A DNA stretch of 63,889 nucleotides, filler included, from Platydemus manokwari (Eukaryota): NCBI GenBank assembly GCA_037951405.1. It is 6 parts of 6 records of this genome, joined end to end, with 100 filler letters (N's around TTAATTAATTAA, not from the genome) between each part and the next. Parts side by side here need not be neighbours in the genome. Positions count along the whole stretch, not along the records: positions 1 to 10,564 come from JBBMOY011123886.1; positions 10,665 to 19,610 come from JBBMOY011324428.1; 4 more parts are not named here. One strand, 5' to 3'. A program made the translations under genes and the position numbers. Numbering within the stretch: the stretch's first letter is position 1; each line of letters begins with the position of its first letter. The notes under the pieces are model-generated. The model was not told the DNA's origin, did not search any database, and worked only from the letters and a program-made list of their open reading frames with translations. Of the stretch, positions 1 through 13,686 are shown one piece after another.

Positions 1-933
1 AACTGAATAATAATTAATTTTGTAGTTGTTTGCGTTGATTTTGATTTTTATATTGAACTTTAATTTTTTTTTATCTTTCAGATGAAGACTATGTAAAATT
101 TAAAAATAAACTCATTGAAGCATATTGTAATTAGTTTTAATTAATGATTTTGAAAAAAATATTGTGACAAAAGATTTTATGTATTAAAATTTAAGAAATT
201 TTTCTTTATTCTTTAGTATCTTTACAGTTTGGAATTCTTGTATAAATTCTTGTTCTCGGAATAAAAACAATTGTGCAATTTTTCGAGATGTTTAATTTTC
301 TTTTTCATTCGAAATACCTATAAATCTTATGTATATACGGGTTTTCACAAGATATCTGCTTGTTTTAGGAAACTATGCCCTGGCAATGAAACCTTGCTTA
401 CAAATTATATTCTTAGTGGATATAATTTTCAATTATTAAAAGATTTTGTTTAAATGCAACATTTTTCTCCGTACGTTGATGGAGAGATAATGATCTTTCA
501 TTAATCACTTTGATCCAGAATAACCGTGATAGAACTAATTATATGTGATAAATGTATTTGAAGTTATATAAGAAAGATTTTTTTATTTTTTAATAAAATT
601 TTGTTGATATTCTTTTATTTTAATCTTTGGAAAGTATTCCTAGTGTAAAAATTGATATTACAAATATTTGTATGCCGATTTTGTGGAACGTATCTATCAC
701 GTAAAAAAACTTATATGTTGTTATTTATTTTCAGAAATCGATTTCTTATTTCCTGTTTTTTTTGCTTTTTAATAAAAGTTTAATTTTTTTGTAAATTATA
801 AAAAATTTGAAATTAAAATTCAATATTAATATTATATTTCAATCATTATATCACTTTTCGACTTGCGTCTATCTCGATTAAGGGTTTAAAAATTGATGTG
901 AACTTCAATTGTCTTTTAATATTTATATTAAAG

Positions 934-3900
934 ATTAATTTTATTTCTATCCTAACATATTTAATGGAAAACAAATTTTATTATGAACATCCATTTAATC
1001 CAAATGACATTAATCATTATTTAGATCCAAAAGTTATTTCATATAATGGTAAGTGTTAAATGGTTACATTTTTCTTGATATTGCTTTATTCTTGTTAGTT
1101 CGAAATAATTAGCAATGTACTTAAAAATATTAACACACATTGCCTTGGAAGTTAAAAAGATTGATTTAGATTAAAAAATGCATTTAATTTATTTATTATT
1201 TTCATAAATTTATTCACAACATTAATTAATTTTTCCAAAATTTAATTAAGCTAATAAATTGGCATTCTGATATTTTGATATATATTTTGATGACAAACTT
1301 AAATTTTCTATTTTAAACCAATAAGTATTTTTAAAATCACATTTATATATTTGGTTAGTATTATTATTAATATAAAAATAAAATATTGGTTGTTAAATAT
1401 TTTAGCTTTATCAGTTAGACGAAATAATGTTTGATCGTACAATTATTAATAAATTTATTATTTATAAATAGAAAATGTTTATAATAAATTAGTTCATATT
1501 TGAAAATATTTTAATGAATTAAGATGACCGAGTGTCAATTTGAACACAAATAATATTGATCAACAAAATTTTTAATTTAATAAAATTTTATATTTTTAAA
1601 TAGTCCAATATATATTTTATAAATATATTTATTTTATATTCAAAAATTTTTCATTCAACATAAACGCAATGAATATCAATGGAAATCATTAGTTTTGTAC
1701 AATTAAAAATTATCTTAAGAATACCATGTACATGAAATTTGGAATGAAAATCGATAAGCTCATTTAATCTGTTTACCAAGATTCGTATGTTTGTATCTGC
1801 ATATTCTTCGATTCTCTTTAGTAAATATTATCTAAAAATTGTCTTATTTTTATTTTCAATTACATTTTTTTCAATTATTAACTCTATCTCTTAATATATG
1901 TAAGTAAATAACAAAAGTCAATATGTGTAAATATGAGTCTTTGTATGTTGAATTAAAAGGGTTGAATTTGATCTAGCTGTTATTTAAAATATAATAACAA
2001 ATTTAAAAACTTTTCTGAGAATTGGGATTGAATGACAATAAATTTTATCTAAAAAATTAATAATTTATTTTATCATTCAATTTTAATAGTATCTTAAGCG
2101 ATTATGCGACGGATAACTGGATTAATGGTTTCATTATGAAATCTGCTATTTGTTGATTCATTCTCTATTATTTCCTTGTATAAAAATAATTTAAACCAGG
2201 ACATTAATATACCGATTAAATAATTTTATATTTATATCAATTAATGGTTTTTATTATGTGTATTTATTGACTACAACTCCGAGTACCTAGAATGAATTAA
2301 AATGATTTAATATATAATTGACTAATATTTATTATAATTTCAGTATTATCGATTAGTATATTCGTAGGATATCTGATTTAAAAAAATATTTTATCAATAA
2401 ATGAATACTTCCGAACTCGTAGTTTGATTCGTGATTATTCGTTTATCCGAACATATTTTTATAATTGTGGTTCTATTTTCTTTATCTCTTAATTGCGGTT
2501 TACTAATGACACTACTCTAGCGATGTTTTGTCAATTCATTTTTTGTTGTCATTTACAAGTTGTATACAACCCATTGTTGGTTATTTTCTCGATTATTTAC
2601 ATATTTTTAGTTTGAATAAATATATTGTTAATAATCACTATACAACCATTATGAACATGAGTGCTTTATTTAACCTTTCAACATTTAAAAAGTGTGAATG
2701 GCTCATTTACTTATAAATACATTTATATGGTAAGGTACGAATCTTTTCGGTTAAATAATTTTATGTAATGGATTGTGTTGCACAATGAAGACGGTTGCCT
2801 AATTTAAATCCTAAAATGAATAAAAATTTAATTTTAAAAATCTGGTAACGAACATTTGCATATCTATTGAAAATTTTTTGTTTAGAATCATTACGAAATG
2901 GTTTGGTAACCAATTTTATGCTTCCTGTCGGCAACGAAGTCGATTATTTAATTGTTGTTCTTACTATGTTAATATTCTTTGGATCAATGGTTTTATTTTC
3001 GGCAATGGAAACGTAAGATATTTCTGTATAATCATTGAATGTCATACAATTTTTTATTAAAATTATATTATTGAAAAACTATTCGATATATGGTTAACGA
3101 ATAAGTCTGTTAAAAAATTGGATTATCTCGAGAGATTTATTAATTGAAATTCTCTACAAAAATATTTTAAAATTTTATAGCTTTCAACAAATTAAATAAT
3201 TGCGCTGTAAAAGCACATTATACAGTTTGTCAAATTAAGTATTTAAATAGAATCTCAATTGATGCGGAGGTAAAATGTGTCCTACGCATTTGAAATTTTC
3301 ACCAACATGCTCCTTATGCAGCCGAGTCGGAAAACAGCAGAGCGTATTAATTTTCAAATAGGAAATCTGTGTCTTTGCTTATGCAGATGACCTCTTATTG
3401 TTTAATGCACTACAGGTAGTACACAAATTTCACCGACTTTCAAGCTTTTAGCAATATAGTAGGAAATGATCAAGGTCTGAACATCTCATGTAGAATTTCC
3501 TGAACAGCAATCGTATATACGACCAATTCAAACAATATAATTTCTTCTGGGAAAACCTATATATTCCTTCACCGATTGCAACTGACAAATCCTGTTACTA
3601 GACTCTAAAGGATTACTAAAATACACTGGATTCCAGGGTTTACTATTTAGTGATTATCGTTTTCGAACTTCGATTATTACAGCAAGCAGTGATTTAGCTT
3701 ATATCTTCAAGTTCCAAGATTCCAATTTATGTTTCAAATAATCTTTACAAGTTATGTATTCATATCGTAAACATTTTGTGATTGATCTGATTTATTTTTG
3801 CTTTCCCTCTTTAACGACCAATTGCATTTCAAGTCCATGACTTGATTCATCCTTGAAATGACCTGCCTATGGTATAGTGCGGCATGTAGCAATAGATGTT

Positions 3901-6900
3901 CTTTATTTGTAAATAACAACTATATACTGTTATTGAACAATAAATTCTTTATTATTTACTTCAAAGTAAAGATTATTGATTAATAAATATGTAATATTTC
4001 TTTATATAAAAATAAATAACATTTTAAAATTCACGTCAAGTTTTTCTTTGCTATTTGATGAATAAGCTTGTTAAAGTGTTCTTTGCATTTATCGATTTCG
4101 TTAAACAAAATGTTAATAATGATTTTTACAAAAGAATTTATTTGTGAGATTTCTTTATGAGAGATGACATAATGGATTGATCTATTAAATCTTGTACTAA
4201 AATATAAATTGGTTGTTTTCATATTAAAATTAATAACTAGACTATATTAGATCGAATAAATGGATTCATTGCACTATTTAGAAATGGTAATAATTTTCTA
4301 TTTAATAGATATCTAAACAATTTAATAAAAGATTTTCACAAAAGTGTATTTAAAGAAAATTTTAAACAAGTTTATTACTCGGAACTGTTCTAAAATAGTT
4401 TAGGTAGCTTAAATTTGATATAGATTTATTTAAATAAATCAAAGAAAATGCAAAACTAAATTTTTTAAAAACTATTCGATGTTTAGTACTAGCCATACTT
4501 AGTATTTTTAATAGATTAATCTGTGTACTTTTTATAACACGAATATATAAGCGAGAGATATAAAAAATTATTCATGTTTGGTAATATTCGAAAATATCCC
4601 AAAAAATTAAATTTGATAAATGTGAAATAGTAATGGCAAATAAAAATTCTATTTTTAAATTTTATTCTGAAACGTAACTATTAATTTGATTTTAATATTA
4701 AAAATATATTAATAATTTGTCATCGAGAATGACTTTTAATTAAACTAGTAAGAGTTTAAAATTGTTAATTATCAATTCAGAATTCTTACTCCGATGCTAA
4801 TGGATAACTTTGCTTGGACATTTGAACAAGCTTCTCTCTATTCAAGTTTATTTTTAGCTTCATGTGGAATAATTGGAATTTTTGTATTTGTTTCCTTAAA
4901 TTTTACAACGAAAGTGTAAGTTAATAATTAACATATTTATTATTGCTAGTGTTTTTGGATTTCGGAAATTACTTTTTATGTTAAAATAAAAAGAGTTTGA
5001 TGTTATTTTTAAATATAAATTACAAGTTTTCTCACAACGACAAAAATAATTAAGGTTCATCAGTTATTTCAACGAAATTTTATGCTTCATTTGAAAGTTT
5101 TAAATTTTAATAGCAACATTTTTTGTATGAATTTGTTGTTGGATTTTATCAAAATTTACGTCAGTGATTTTGTAATTGTTTTATTGAAAGGCTTCAATAT
5201 TATATGATGGTTTTTATAAACATAAATTTATAAAAATCAAACGATAATATTACTAGCAAGATGAAGAAGAGTAACAAAATATTAAAAATCTCAATTTGTA
5301 CGGGTTCTGGTGATCATCGTAATATATGACTGCAGTAATGGACGTTTTTTTATAAACAACAAACAACTACGGAAACCGGTCGTAATATTTTCGTTTTAAT
5401 CCTTAACCTTTGAATACCTGCATTTCTTCACGATTTTACAGTCTTTTGCGCCACTTGGAAAATTCATTCAATTATTTATCTATTATTATATCTACCTTAT
5501 TTATATAATTAATTGTTATGTCTAACGAAGGTTCATTGTGAACTATGTAATATAATCAAATATAGCCTTTTGCGACAAATTTTTACTTTGTTATTTTTTG
5601 TATTATCGTATTTTAAAAGTACACGTTCATTGAAAATATAAAAAATACATTCTGCCTTTATCTCAGCATTTTCGAATTAAGTCCCATGCCTATAATGACA
5701 AAATAAATCATAATTGATTTAAGATTTTTGTATTCCATGTTGGTGGTTGTCTAATATCAATGACTGTTTTTGTTATAATTATAATCCACAATTTTTCTGG
5801 ATTTGTTGAGTTTTTATTGGATATTTATTGTTGTTGAGTTTCTTAAAAAATTTGATATAATTTTAGAAATCTTTAATTGAATTTGTTTTTAGGTTATCCG
5901 ATCGTACGCATTTATTTATCGGACAAACTTTATCAACTTTAACTTGTTTTATATTGATTCCGTACTATGGGCAGATACCAGTTTTAAAAGAAGGAAGTAA
6001 TAGAATTATACAATTATATATATATTCATGTTATTATTACTACAAGGTTTTTCAATAATATTTCCAATTAATAAAGTTTCCAATTAATTATTTTCAGGGT
6101 TGGCTAATTATCAACAAATAATTTCAGGTTTTTCAAACCTCATTAATTTAAAAAATTTATTACATTCACAAATTTATAATTACTAAAATCGGATGATACC
6201 TTGAATCCACCTTTCATGAATAAGCTGATTTTCTAGTCGTTGATTCATGACCATTCCACACAAATTCACTGTCACTCCCATAACTTCTTGATTTTTGTTG
6301 GGTTTTTATAAGATAAATTGAATAAAATCGAGGTTTTTTATTATATGGCAATGATAAGAGACATTTTCCCGTCAGCCAATATTAACTTTTTGTATACTTG
6401 CCAGAGGTTGGGTGATCTTGGCCTTATGCCATCGGAGATTGATTATTGTATTCAGAATATAGTAGGAGGTTTTCGGTCGTTGAACAGCTTTGACTTTGTC
6501 TTTGCTTCTTTTATATAAAAGAGATTAATTGCAATAGTCAACAATCGTTCTGAAGTTTAAGAATTCCATGTGACTCTTGAGTTAATAATCATCTATAGGC
6601 TGTGGAATTAATTATACTTTTGCATTTAATTTTTAGATCAGGGAAAATTCGCCAGAAGATGGGTTTTGTTATTGTTTTTTATTATTTCCTATTCTTATAG
6701 ATTTCATCATAATTTTTCGACGAACTTCGTGATGACTGCGAAACTTCGATTGAGGATTTTGAAGGGTGTTTACAGCGAACCAATGAATTCCAGTGCTATT
6801 TGGATTTGATGTAAACAAAATGAATTATAAAACGAAAAATTATTTTTCACTGACTACTAGTTAATAAGAAGAAATATCTTTGTTAAGTAATAAATCTTTA

Positions 6901-9243
6901 CAACTTCTTTTATAATAATAACATAGGAGGTAGTCAATAATCTTAATATTTATAATATAAATAGTCATGACCGCAAGAATTTCTGAAAAATAAGTTATTA
7001 AATAAATCATATTTCATTTACAAATTCCTAAGGTACATAATTATTTATTGTACAAGGGCCATAGCGACACCCCAGTAAATAAAAAATGAAAAAGGTATTA
7101 ACATATAAATCTACTCTTTAAAATGTTTATCCTTAAAAATTTTATACAACTTATTTTTAAAAGTAAAAATAAAGAAGTTTACTGTTAAAAGGAAAGTGAA
7201 CTGTTATTTTGAATAAATTTTATTCTGTCACTTTTCATGTATGTCTCACGTAAGCAAATAAATATTGTAATCATTTAGAACAGTCATTTAAATAAGTGTT
7301 TCAGAAGTACTTTGCTTATAATTTGGTAAGGTTAGAATTATCATTTCTGTATTTTATTATTATTAAAATATGAAAATGTTAATATAATAAAAAGTAATTT
7401 TATAAATTATACTGAAAAATATAAAAATTGAAAACAATTGAATTTTTATTTTAGAAATGGTGGGCTGTCCACACGATGAGCAACCTTGGTGTGCTTCCAC
7501 CCCTGCATTATCGATTGTAGCGGTTATTTTCTCTCAGTTTACATTCACAACTAGTTATTCCATTATAAACGTTGTAACTACAGTTATATTTTCGACAACT
7601 TTAGGTCCAGGATCGCAAGTAATATTCACTTTTATTTTGTAACTGATTTCTTTATCACCAATGAATGAATATTTGTTAGAATTGAAAATTTTGTGCTTCA
7701 TTTTATAGCAGATAACTTCTTTTCCACAATATTTATTCTCATCACACTCACTCTTTTCTTATTACGTCTTTTAATATTTCTGATATCCTTCTTAGGACAA
7801 AATGGTGTGGTCAAATCTAGTTTAATGATTTTCCAACTGTAATTGCTGAGACAAATGTAATTCCAGTATTCTGAATAATTATTTGACTATAGCAAGTGTT
7901 GACTATATTATCATATTTCGTCATGCTTCTCAAAGCGATGTTCATGTTTGAAAGAATATTCGGCATGATATTAAACACGTAAGCCGTTCTGATTGGACTG
8001 ATATTTTTATCTAATTGCATTTCCCTTCTTATTTTTATCTCATTTTTCGAATATGTTTTTGCTACCATGTTAATTTTGCGATTATTTGAACTTCATGCAT
8101 CGTTTTCTGAAATGTTGTCCCAAATTTTTGTATTCCGACAGCTTGTCTATATGTGTATGCCGCAATTTGCTTTGCAGACAAAAAACTTATCAAATAATTT
8201 CCACTGCGGTTGTAGCATTTTTATCGTAGTCGCTACGAAGCCGATTTTTTTTACAATCATAGCATTATTTTTCTGTCGAAAATATTTCTATTAACCTTTG
8301 TTCCCTTGGATAATTATTATTTGAAACATTCTGATATCGTGGAAGTTTATTACTTTCGTTTAACACTGACCTAGGTTTTCAATTTTATTTTTAAGAATCT
8401 TATACTCAGACTTTAAAGTTTTAATCAAATAATTTTCATAGCGCTTAACGTAGAAATTATCATATTCATAAATCATTTTTATTGATTGTGAAATTTTTAA
8501 GAATTGGCAAACTTTCCGTTTAGTAAACCTTTATACCTCTCACTACGTTCTTTATTCAATGTCCTAGCTTCATACATTCTTATTGTGGTGTCTTTTATGC
8601 ATTTACATTCCTGTTCTTAGTTCCTTTACCATTTTTTATATGAATGTACTGTTCTCTTAATTTTGTCTGGACATTCATCATTAACGCATTTTGATGATTT
8701 TTAATTTCTATCCCCTGCACTGTTATTTTCTTATTTTTTTTATCATTTTATGATATAAGGCAGTTAATTTTATTGGGTTAATATATATTTATTAAAATTA
8801 TATTTAAATTAGTTTGAATATGGTTGGGATAACATTCTGTTAAACTATGTTATCGAAGATCAATGACTTAAATTTTGACATTGTAATTTTGCCATATAAT
8901 GTTAACTAGTGTCCGTTTTTGTTTAAAATACCGAATGACAACGCTTAGAATCATAAAATTCGTAAAATAATTTTAATTCCCGTATTTTTTTCTAGAATTA
9001 TTAAAGCTGAATTTTAGTTATTGATTTTGTTTTTTATATATCTAGGCTTTATGGATGGGACTATTCACTGCTATTGGTAGTGCTTCTCGAATTGTTGGTC
9101 CTTTTTATGTGACTTATGTTTATACAAAAAGAGGATTGCCCTATGTTTATGGCATATTGGGCATGTTTAATGTTAGTTTATTGCTTCTTATAATACTTTT
9201 CTACAGGCGAATTGTACCATATATGAGTAAAGGCGTATTGTAG
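934..9243 (+). CDS. MFSD8: MFS transporter, MFSD8/CLN7-like; 5'-partial (C-terminal half), 6 exons
   Basis: Phase-compatible GT-AG exons 934-1048, 2886-3012, 4781-4915, 5893-5996, 7455-7618 and 9046-9243 (TAG). Spliced peptide: INFISILTYLMENK...AMETILTPMLMDNFAWTFEQASLY...LSDRTHLFIG...GCPHDEQPWCASTP...TTLGPGSQALWMGLFTAIGSASRIVGP. This follows MFSD8 motifs recalled from the human protein ([53 protein letters not shown]). N-terminal exons were not found in the window. May be a paralog rather than the strict ortholog. Confidence 0.9.
3360..3640 (+). mobile_element. Degenerate non-LTR retrotransposon (LINE) reverse transcriptase fragment in an MFSD8-like intron
   Basis: EICVFAYADDLLLF (YADD at 3380-3391), followed by GLNIS and LLKYTG-like segments in the order expected for LINE RT; interrupted by stops and frameshifts. 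Confidence 0.55.
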
Positions 9244-10059
9244 ACTTTTATTTCATGATAAATATCATGGTTTGACTTAATTTATAAATTAAATTAAAAA
9301 ACATATGCAAAGTTTGCTCTTCTATTTTCATATTTAAATCAGTTAGTATAATAAGAAGGGTAATTTGTTTCATTATTATGTTAAATTCTATCACATTAAG
9401 TTCCTTATACTTCATCCCTTCTTTTAAATTACTTTTACATGAATTTTATTTAAAAGCATGAAATTCCATAAGTTGAAACATTAAATTTTAAAATTGATTA
9501 TTTTAAATAATAAAATTCAAAATACCTTTACAAATGATTTAAAAAATATAATTATTTCGTATTAGTTTACAATCGGAACTTATCTATAACATGAAGACTT
9601 ATTTAAAAGCACACAGACACAGATTAATATTAACACCATGCTTTTATTTAAAGTACTATTGTGGAGCAATAATTTATGATGTCAAGTATTACACACTAAA
9701 ATATACATCAGTAATGTTTGTTTAATCCGATCCTTTTGAATTGCATAGTTGAATACAAGAATTAGTTTTAGATTTATATTATAAAAACATTTGAAAATCA
9801 ATTGTAGTTCAAAACAGATGTACTATCGTAATTTGATCTCAAAACCATTTTCTTAAATTTGTTCTAATCTCGATTTAGTTTGTATGATGAATAATTAGGC
9901 ATCATTATTATATTTATTAAAATATCTTTCTCATGATGTTCATTTTCATGATTCAGGAATCCAACGTGATCTTGTTTTAATTGGATAGCTCTGTACTTAT
10001 AATAATGATGCATTTTTATTCTTTTACGTGTGTAATTTTAAAATTTCAATTCGTCTTTC

Positions 10060-10173
10060 GAAAGTAGTAATGAACATTAATCTTTGGCAATCTCTCCCTT
10101 ATATAGTATATCATTCTTGCTCGCTCACACATGAGGGTCAGGTCGTCAAAGACTAATGTTCATTACTACTATC
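10060..10173. repeat. Imperfect inverted repeat / short MITE-like hairpin (~110 bp)
   Basis: AGTAGTAATGAACATTAATCTTTG (10063-10086) pairs with CAAAGACTAATGTTCATTACTACT (10147-10170) with one mismatch; imperfect pairing extends to about 40 bp. Confidence 0.8.
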
Positions 10174-10462
10174 CATTTATAAGCATTTATAAATTATAAT
10201 AATTGAACAAAAATAAAACAACTAATTAGAGAATTGTTTATAAACAAAAAAATTAAGTCGTCATTACTGTTAGTCATTACGAAATAGTTACTACTAACTA
10301 TCGAATTCATCAAATATTAATTACTACGAATCCGACAAACCAAAACATAATTTCGATTAAAAGACCAGTTTTGCAGTAATATTCTTAGTACAACTTGGAA
10401 ATTATCTTACATCTGTCTAACAAGTAATTTTAATTATTTTTGCAATCAAGTTTTACATATCT

Positions 10463-10564
10463 CCACACGAGTTGAAACCGAGAGATATGGAAAGGCGATT
10501 TTGCATATCTGAAATGCTGCTCGAGCGTCATAAAAAGAAGTCGTTCTTGCATCGAATCGTTACT
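10463..10564 (+). mobile_element. Mariner (Mos1-like) transposase fragment truncated by the contig end
   Basis: Open 34-codon frame PHELKPRDMERRFCISEMLLERHKKKSFLHRIVT, matching the mariner WVPHEL...SFLHRIVTGDEKW segment. Confidence 0.9.
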
Positions 10565-10664
10565 NNNNNNNNNNNNNNNNNNNNNNNNNNNNNNNNNNNN
10601 NNNNNNNNTTAATTAATTAANNNNNNNNNNNNNNNNNNNNNNNNNNNNNNNNNNNNNNNNNNNN
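10565..10664. other. Artificial contig spacer (44 N + TTAATTAATTAA + 44 N)
   Basis: Identical 100-bp block occurring five times in the window; the 12-mer places stop codons in all six frames. Confidence 0.97.
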
Positions 10665-11436
10665 TTTATTATTATTGCAGGCTTTGGCGTTCCGGGTCGT
10701 CTTGGGGACTGTTTTGGAGGTGTTTTGGGTCTCTTAAACTCGTTAAACTCATTTGGTCTTTTAAACTTGGGTTTTTTTGGGACAGCTGTTGTTGCTGTCT
10801 CCATTCAGTATATGTTCTGACTTCATATGGGATTTTCTTATCCTCATCTTCGCTCTCACTATCCGAATAGAGCACAAGACGCTCCATATTATCCCAACAA
10901 TTCGTATCAATCGCACTACTTGTTCTTTTTTATCTGTTAAATTATCTACCAACAAATCATAATCTTGTAATCCCATTAAAATTTCTTTGATTTTGAACAT
11001 CTCATTTTTCTCTAAACATTGTAGCATTTTGTCTGCTTTCCCTTTTTTTGACAATGGTTTTTTCTTCATAATGCGCTTATTATATTCCTCGATAACTTCG
11101 ATTTTTTTTATCAAAGCTTTTACATAATTGTGAGCAACTGCATTTATCGCTTTCCCATATTCCTCAATATTATGGTTTGTATTGGTCATCTCTATTGTCG
11201 TTTCTGTAGATTCTGAACTGCCAATAAGGTCACTTATATCCTTATTCACTTTTGTGGTTTATGTACTATTGCTTGAACTGCTTATAGGGTCACTTATCCT
11301 TAAAATCTGATTCGTTTTTTCAGATTCTAAATGACTATATCTCGCTAAAGATTTACTTCTAGTAACTCGTGGCTCGTATTCTATTGTCTCTCTTCGGCTA
11401 CTATTAGCTTCATTCAATGTCTACTGTTTGGCTCAT
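10665..11436 (-). pseudogene. Block of overlapping unidentified ORFs, probably derived from a transposon or virus
   Basis: ORF 11249-10761 extends upstream through one TAA to about 11420, with a frameshifted ATG at 11436. Overlapping ORFs 10887-10672 and 10804-gap occupy the other two minus frames. GC is locally higher, no introns are evident and no domain was recognised. Confidence 0.35.
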
Positions 11437-13686
11437 AAATAATCTGTTCTTAATCGTAGTCCGTTTGAATTATAATTATACAACATTTTATGCAATTAAG
11501 GCATTCTTTTAACGATTCGCGGTTTAAACGATAGTCAATAAAAATGTCAAAAATCTGTTAATCAATCGATAATAAAATACTATTATAATATAACTAATGA
11601 TCAATAAAATTAAATGTCTACTTAATTTATTGAAATTCCTTATGCTTATTCACGCGTGACTTTTATTGATTACTATCATTTAAAAATCGATTCAATAATA
11701 ATTCAATAATAGTTGACTATAGATATAATTTGAAATCAACAATTATATATAAATGTTTAATAATCAATAATTATTAAAATAATTATAAATATAATTAATA
11801 AAATTATTAATAAGTAATTGATAGTTAATACCCAATTGATTATTGACAAAACAGTGTTACGACAACTGTTATACAAAGTAATTGAGAGCTATATTGAGGG
11901 CTTCCGTAGCTCGTGAGAGGACGAAGCTATCAGAAACTAGACTGAAAGAAAGGTTAAAAATGAGAACCCGAAAAATATATGTTAAGCTGTAGCAACAAAG
12001 ACTTGCAATATCCCGTTGACACCAGTATAATATATAATTTAGAATATTGTTAATAATCCTATTCTGTAAATCCGATAACACTAGTTAGTTAAATGATTTA
12101 TTTAAAAAACGAAATTAATCAACAATAAAAGAGAACAAAACAAATTTGACAAATTGCGTACGCAAGCAGATAATTACTTGATACTCAAAATACCGAGGAC
12201 CTGAATGAGATTACGGGGAGACGACAACAAGATTTTTAATGAATGAAAATGAGTTAACCAATAATTATGCAATGAATAAATGATAAAAATATGCTTACGC
12301 ATACTGCTTGCTTCTAAAACGATTTCGAAGAATATCTTGTAGTGAATGATCGTTGAATCTCGACTGATTTTAATGGGGGTGATTGCTCTATTTTTCATTT
12401 GCTTTATTTAGTATTTTCGATGTTGCCATTTCTGTGACTGGGTCCATTTTTATTATTTGATAATATATTTTATTTCTCATATTTCTACAGCGCAGTGGTT
12501 GTTACTATTTTTATTTTCTATTGTTAATCTTTCTAAATGTTCGTTTTTAAATCAAATAATTTATTTCGTTTTTCTTTTTAATCAAATAAAATTTGACTTA
12601 TTTTATAAGTTGATTGAAAAGTAAAGTCCGTTCAAAGAGTGTTGATTAGGATTGGCCATTTGGGTAGTGTTTGTTACTTCATTTCAAATTTTTGATAATT
12701 ATTTTAAAGATAATATTTCGTGACTAAAAGTATAAACAAGTTTGTGGTTTTATTGAACAAAAATTTAGACAAAACCATTGTAAAAATAGTTAGGCTACCG
12801 CAACAAAACTACGACTTCAAATTACTAAGTTTATTTATTAGAATCCTACATCAATTTATATGTTGTTACACATGTATAACAACAATTGTTTTCTTTTATA
12901 ACTATATGAATGAAACGAAAAATTAATTTGAAACATGTACTCAATTATTCTTGCTAATATAAATCGCTTATGTCATTATTTTCAATTATTCAATCAATAA
13001 AACATTAAATTTAAAATAAAATTTTAATCTATTACATATAATTTGAATGACAGTAAATATATATATTATTGATTTTATATAGCAAAAATAATTGTTGCTA
13101 AGCAATTTCAAAACAACCAAATTCTTTTGTCAATATCAAAGATTTTTATCGAAATGTTGTAATGCTTAAATCATGAGCAATGTTAAATTTGTATTATAGT
13201 ATACAGTCTTATTTTTTTTTAAAAATTAAATATCAAAATAATTTAACTTTCAAAATGTTATTCGATGTTTTAAGATTTAAAATTAATTTATGGTGAATGT
13301 TTAAGTGTATAACAACTTGAACAGTACAACTTCAATCATAACTATATAACCATCAACCATTTTGTATCAAATACTAGTCCAGGTTACTAAATTTATATTA
13401 AATGTCCTTCAGTTTATAATTTGTACTTAATTATTAACTTTAAATAAAATTTCAATCAAAGGCAAATTGATTTGTTTTAATGAAATAACAATAAAACATT
13501 CAAAAAACATTTATAAACATGTATTATTAATTACCACAATATAATTATAAATTTAATAATATTAATTATTAAATTAATAGTATAAAACATACAAAATTTT
13601 CCAAATTCCAACAAAGCTATGACAGTTTTAACACTGAAACAAATAGAGGCTAAAAAAATATACATCAAATTCCAACAAATCAGATA

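Noticed and set aside
6200-6800. GC-richer intronic block containing ORF 6318-6518
   Set aside because: Probably a TE remnant, but no diagnostic motif could be read in any frame.
7817-8294. Intronic ORFs with faint hAT dimerisation-domain resemblance (PNILSNMNIALRSM)
   Set aside because: The diagnostic ERSFS motif is absent; too degenerate to call.
10609-10620. Recurrent palindromic TTAATTAATTAA motif as a biological repeat or CRISPR-like unit
   Set aside because: Always centred in 88 N; it is an assembly linker carrying six-frame stops.
11855-12080. Possible solo LTR (TGTTA...TAACA)
   Set aside because: No matching target-site duplication and no second copy in the window.
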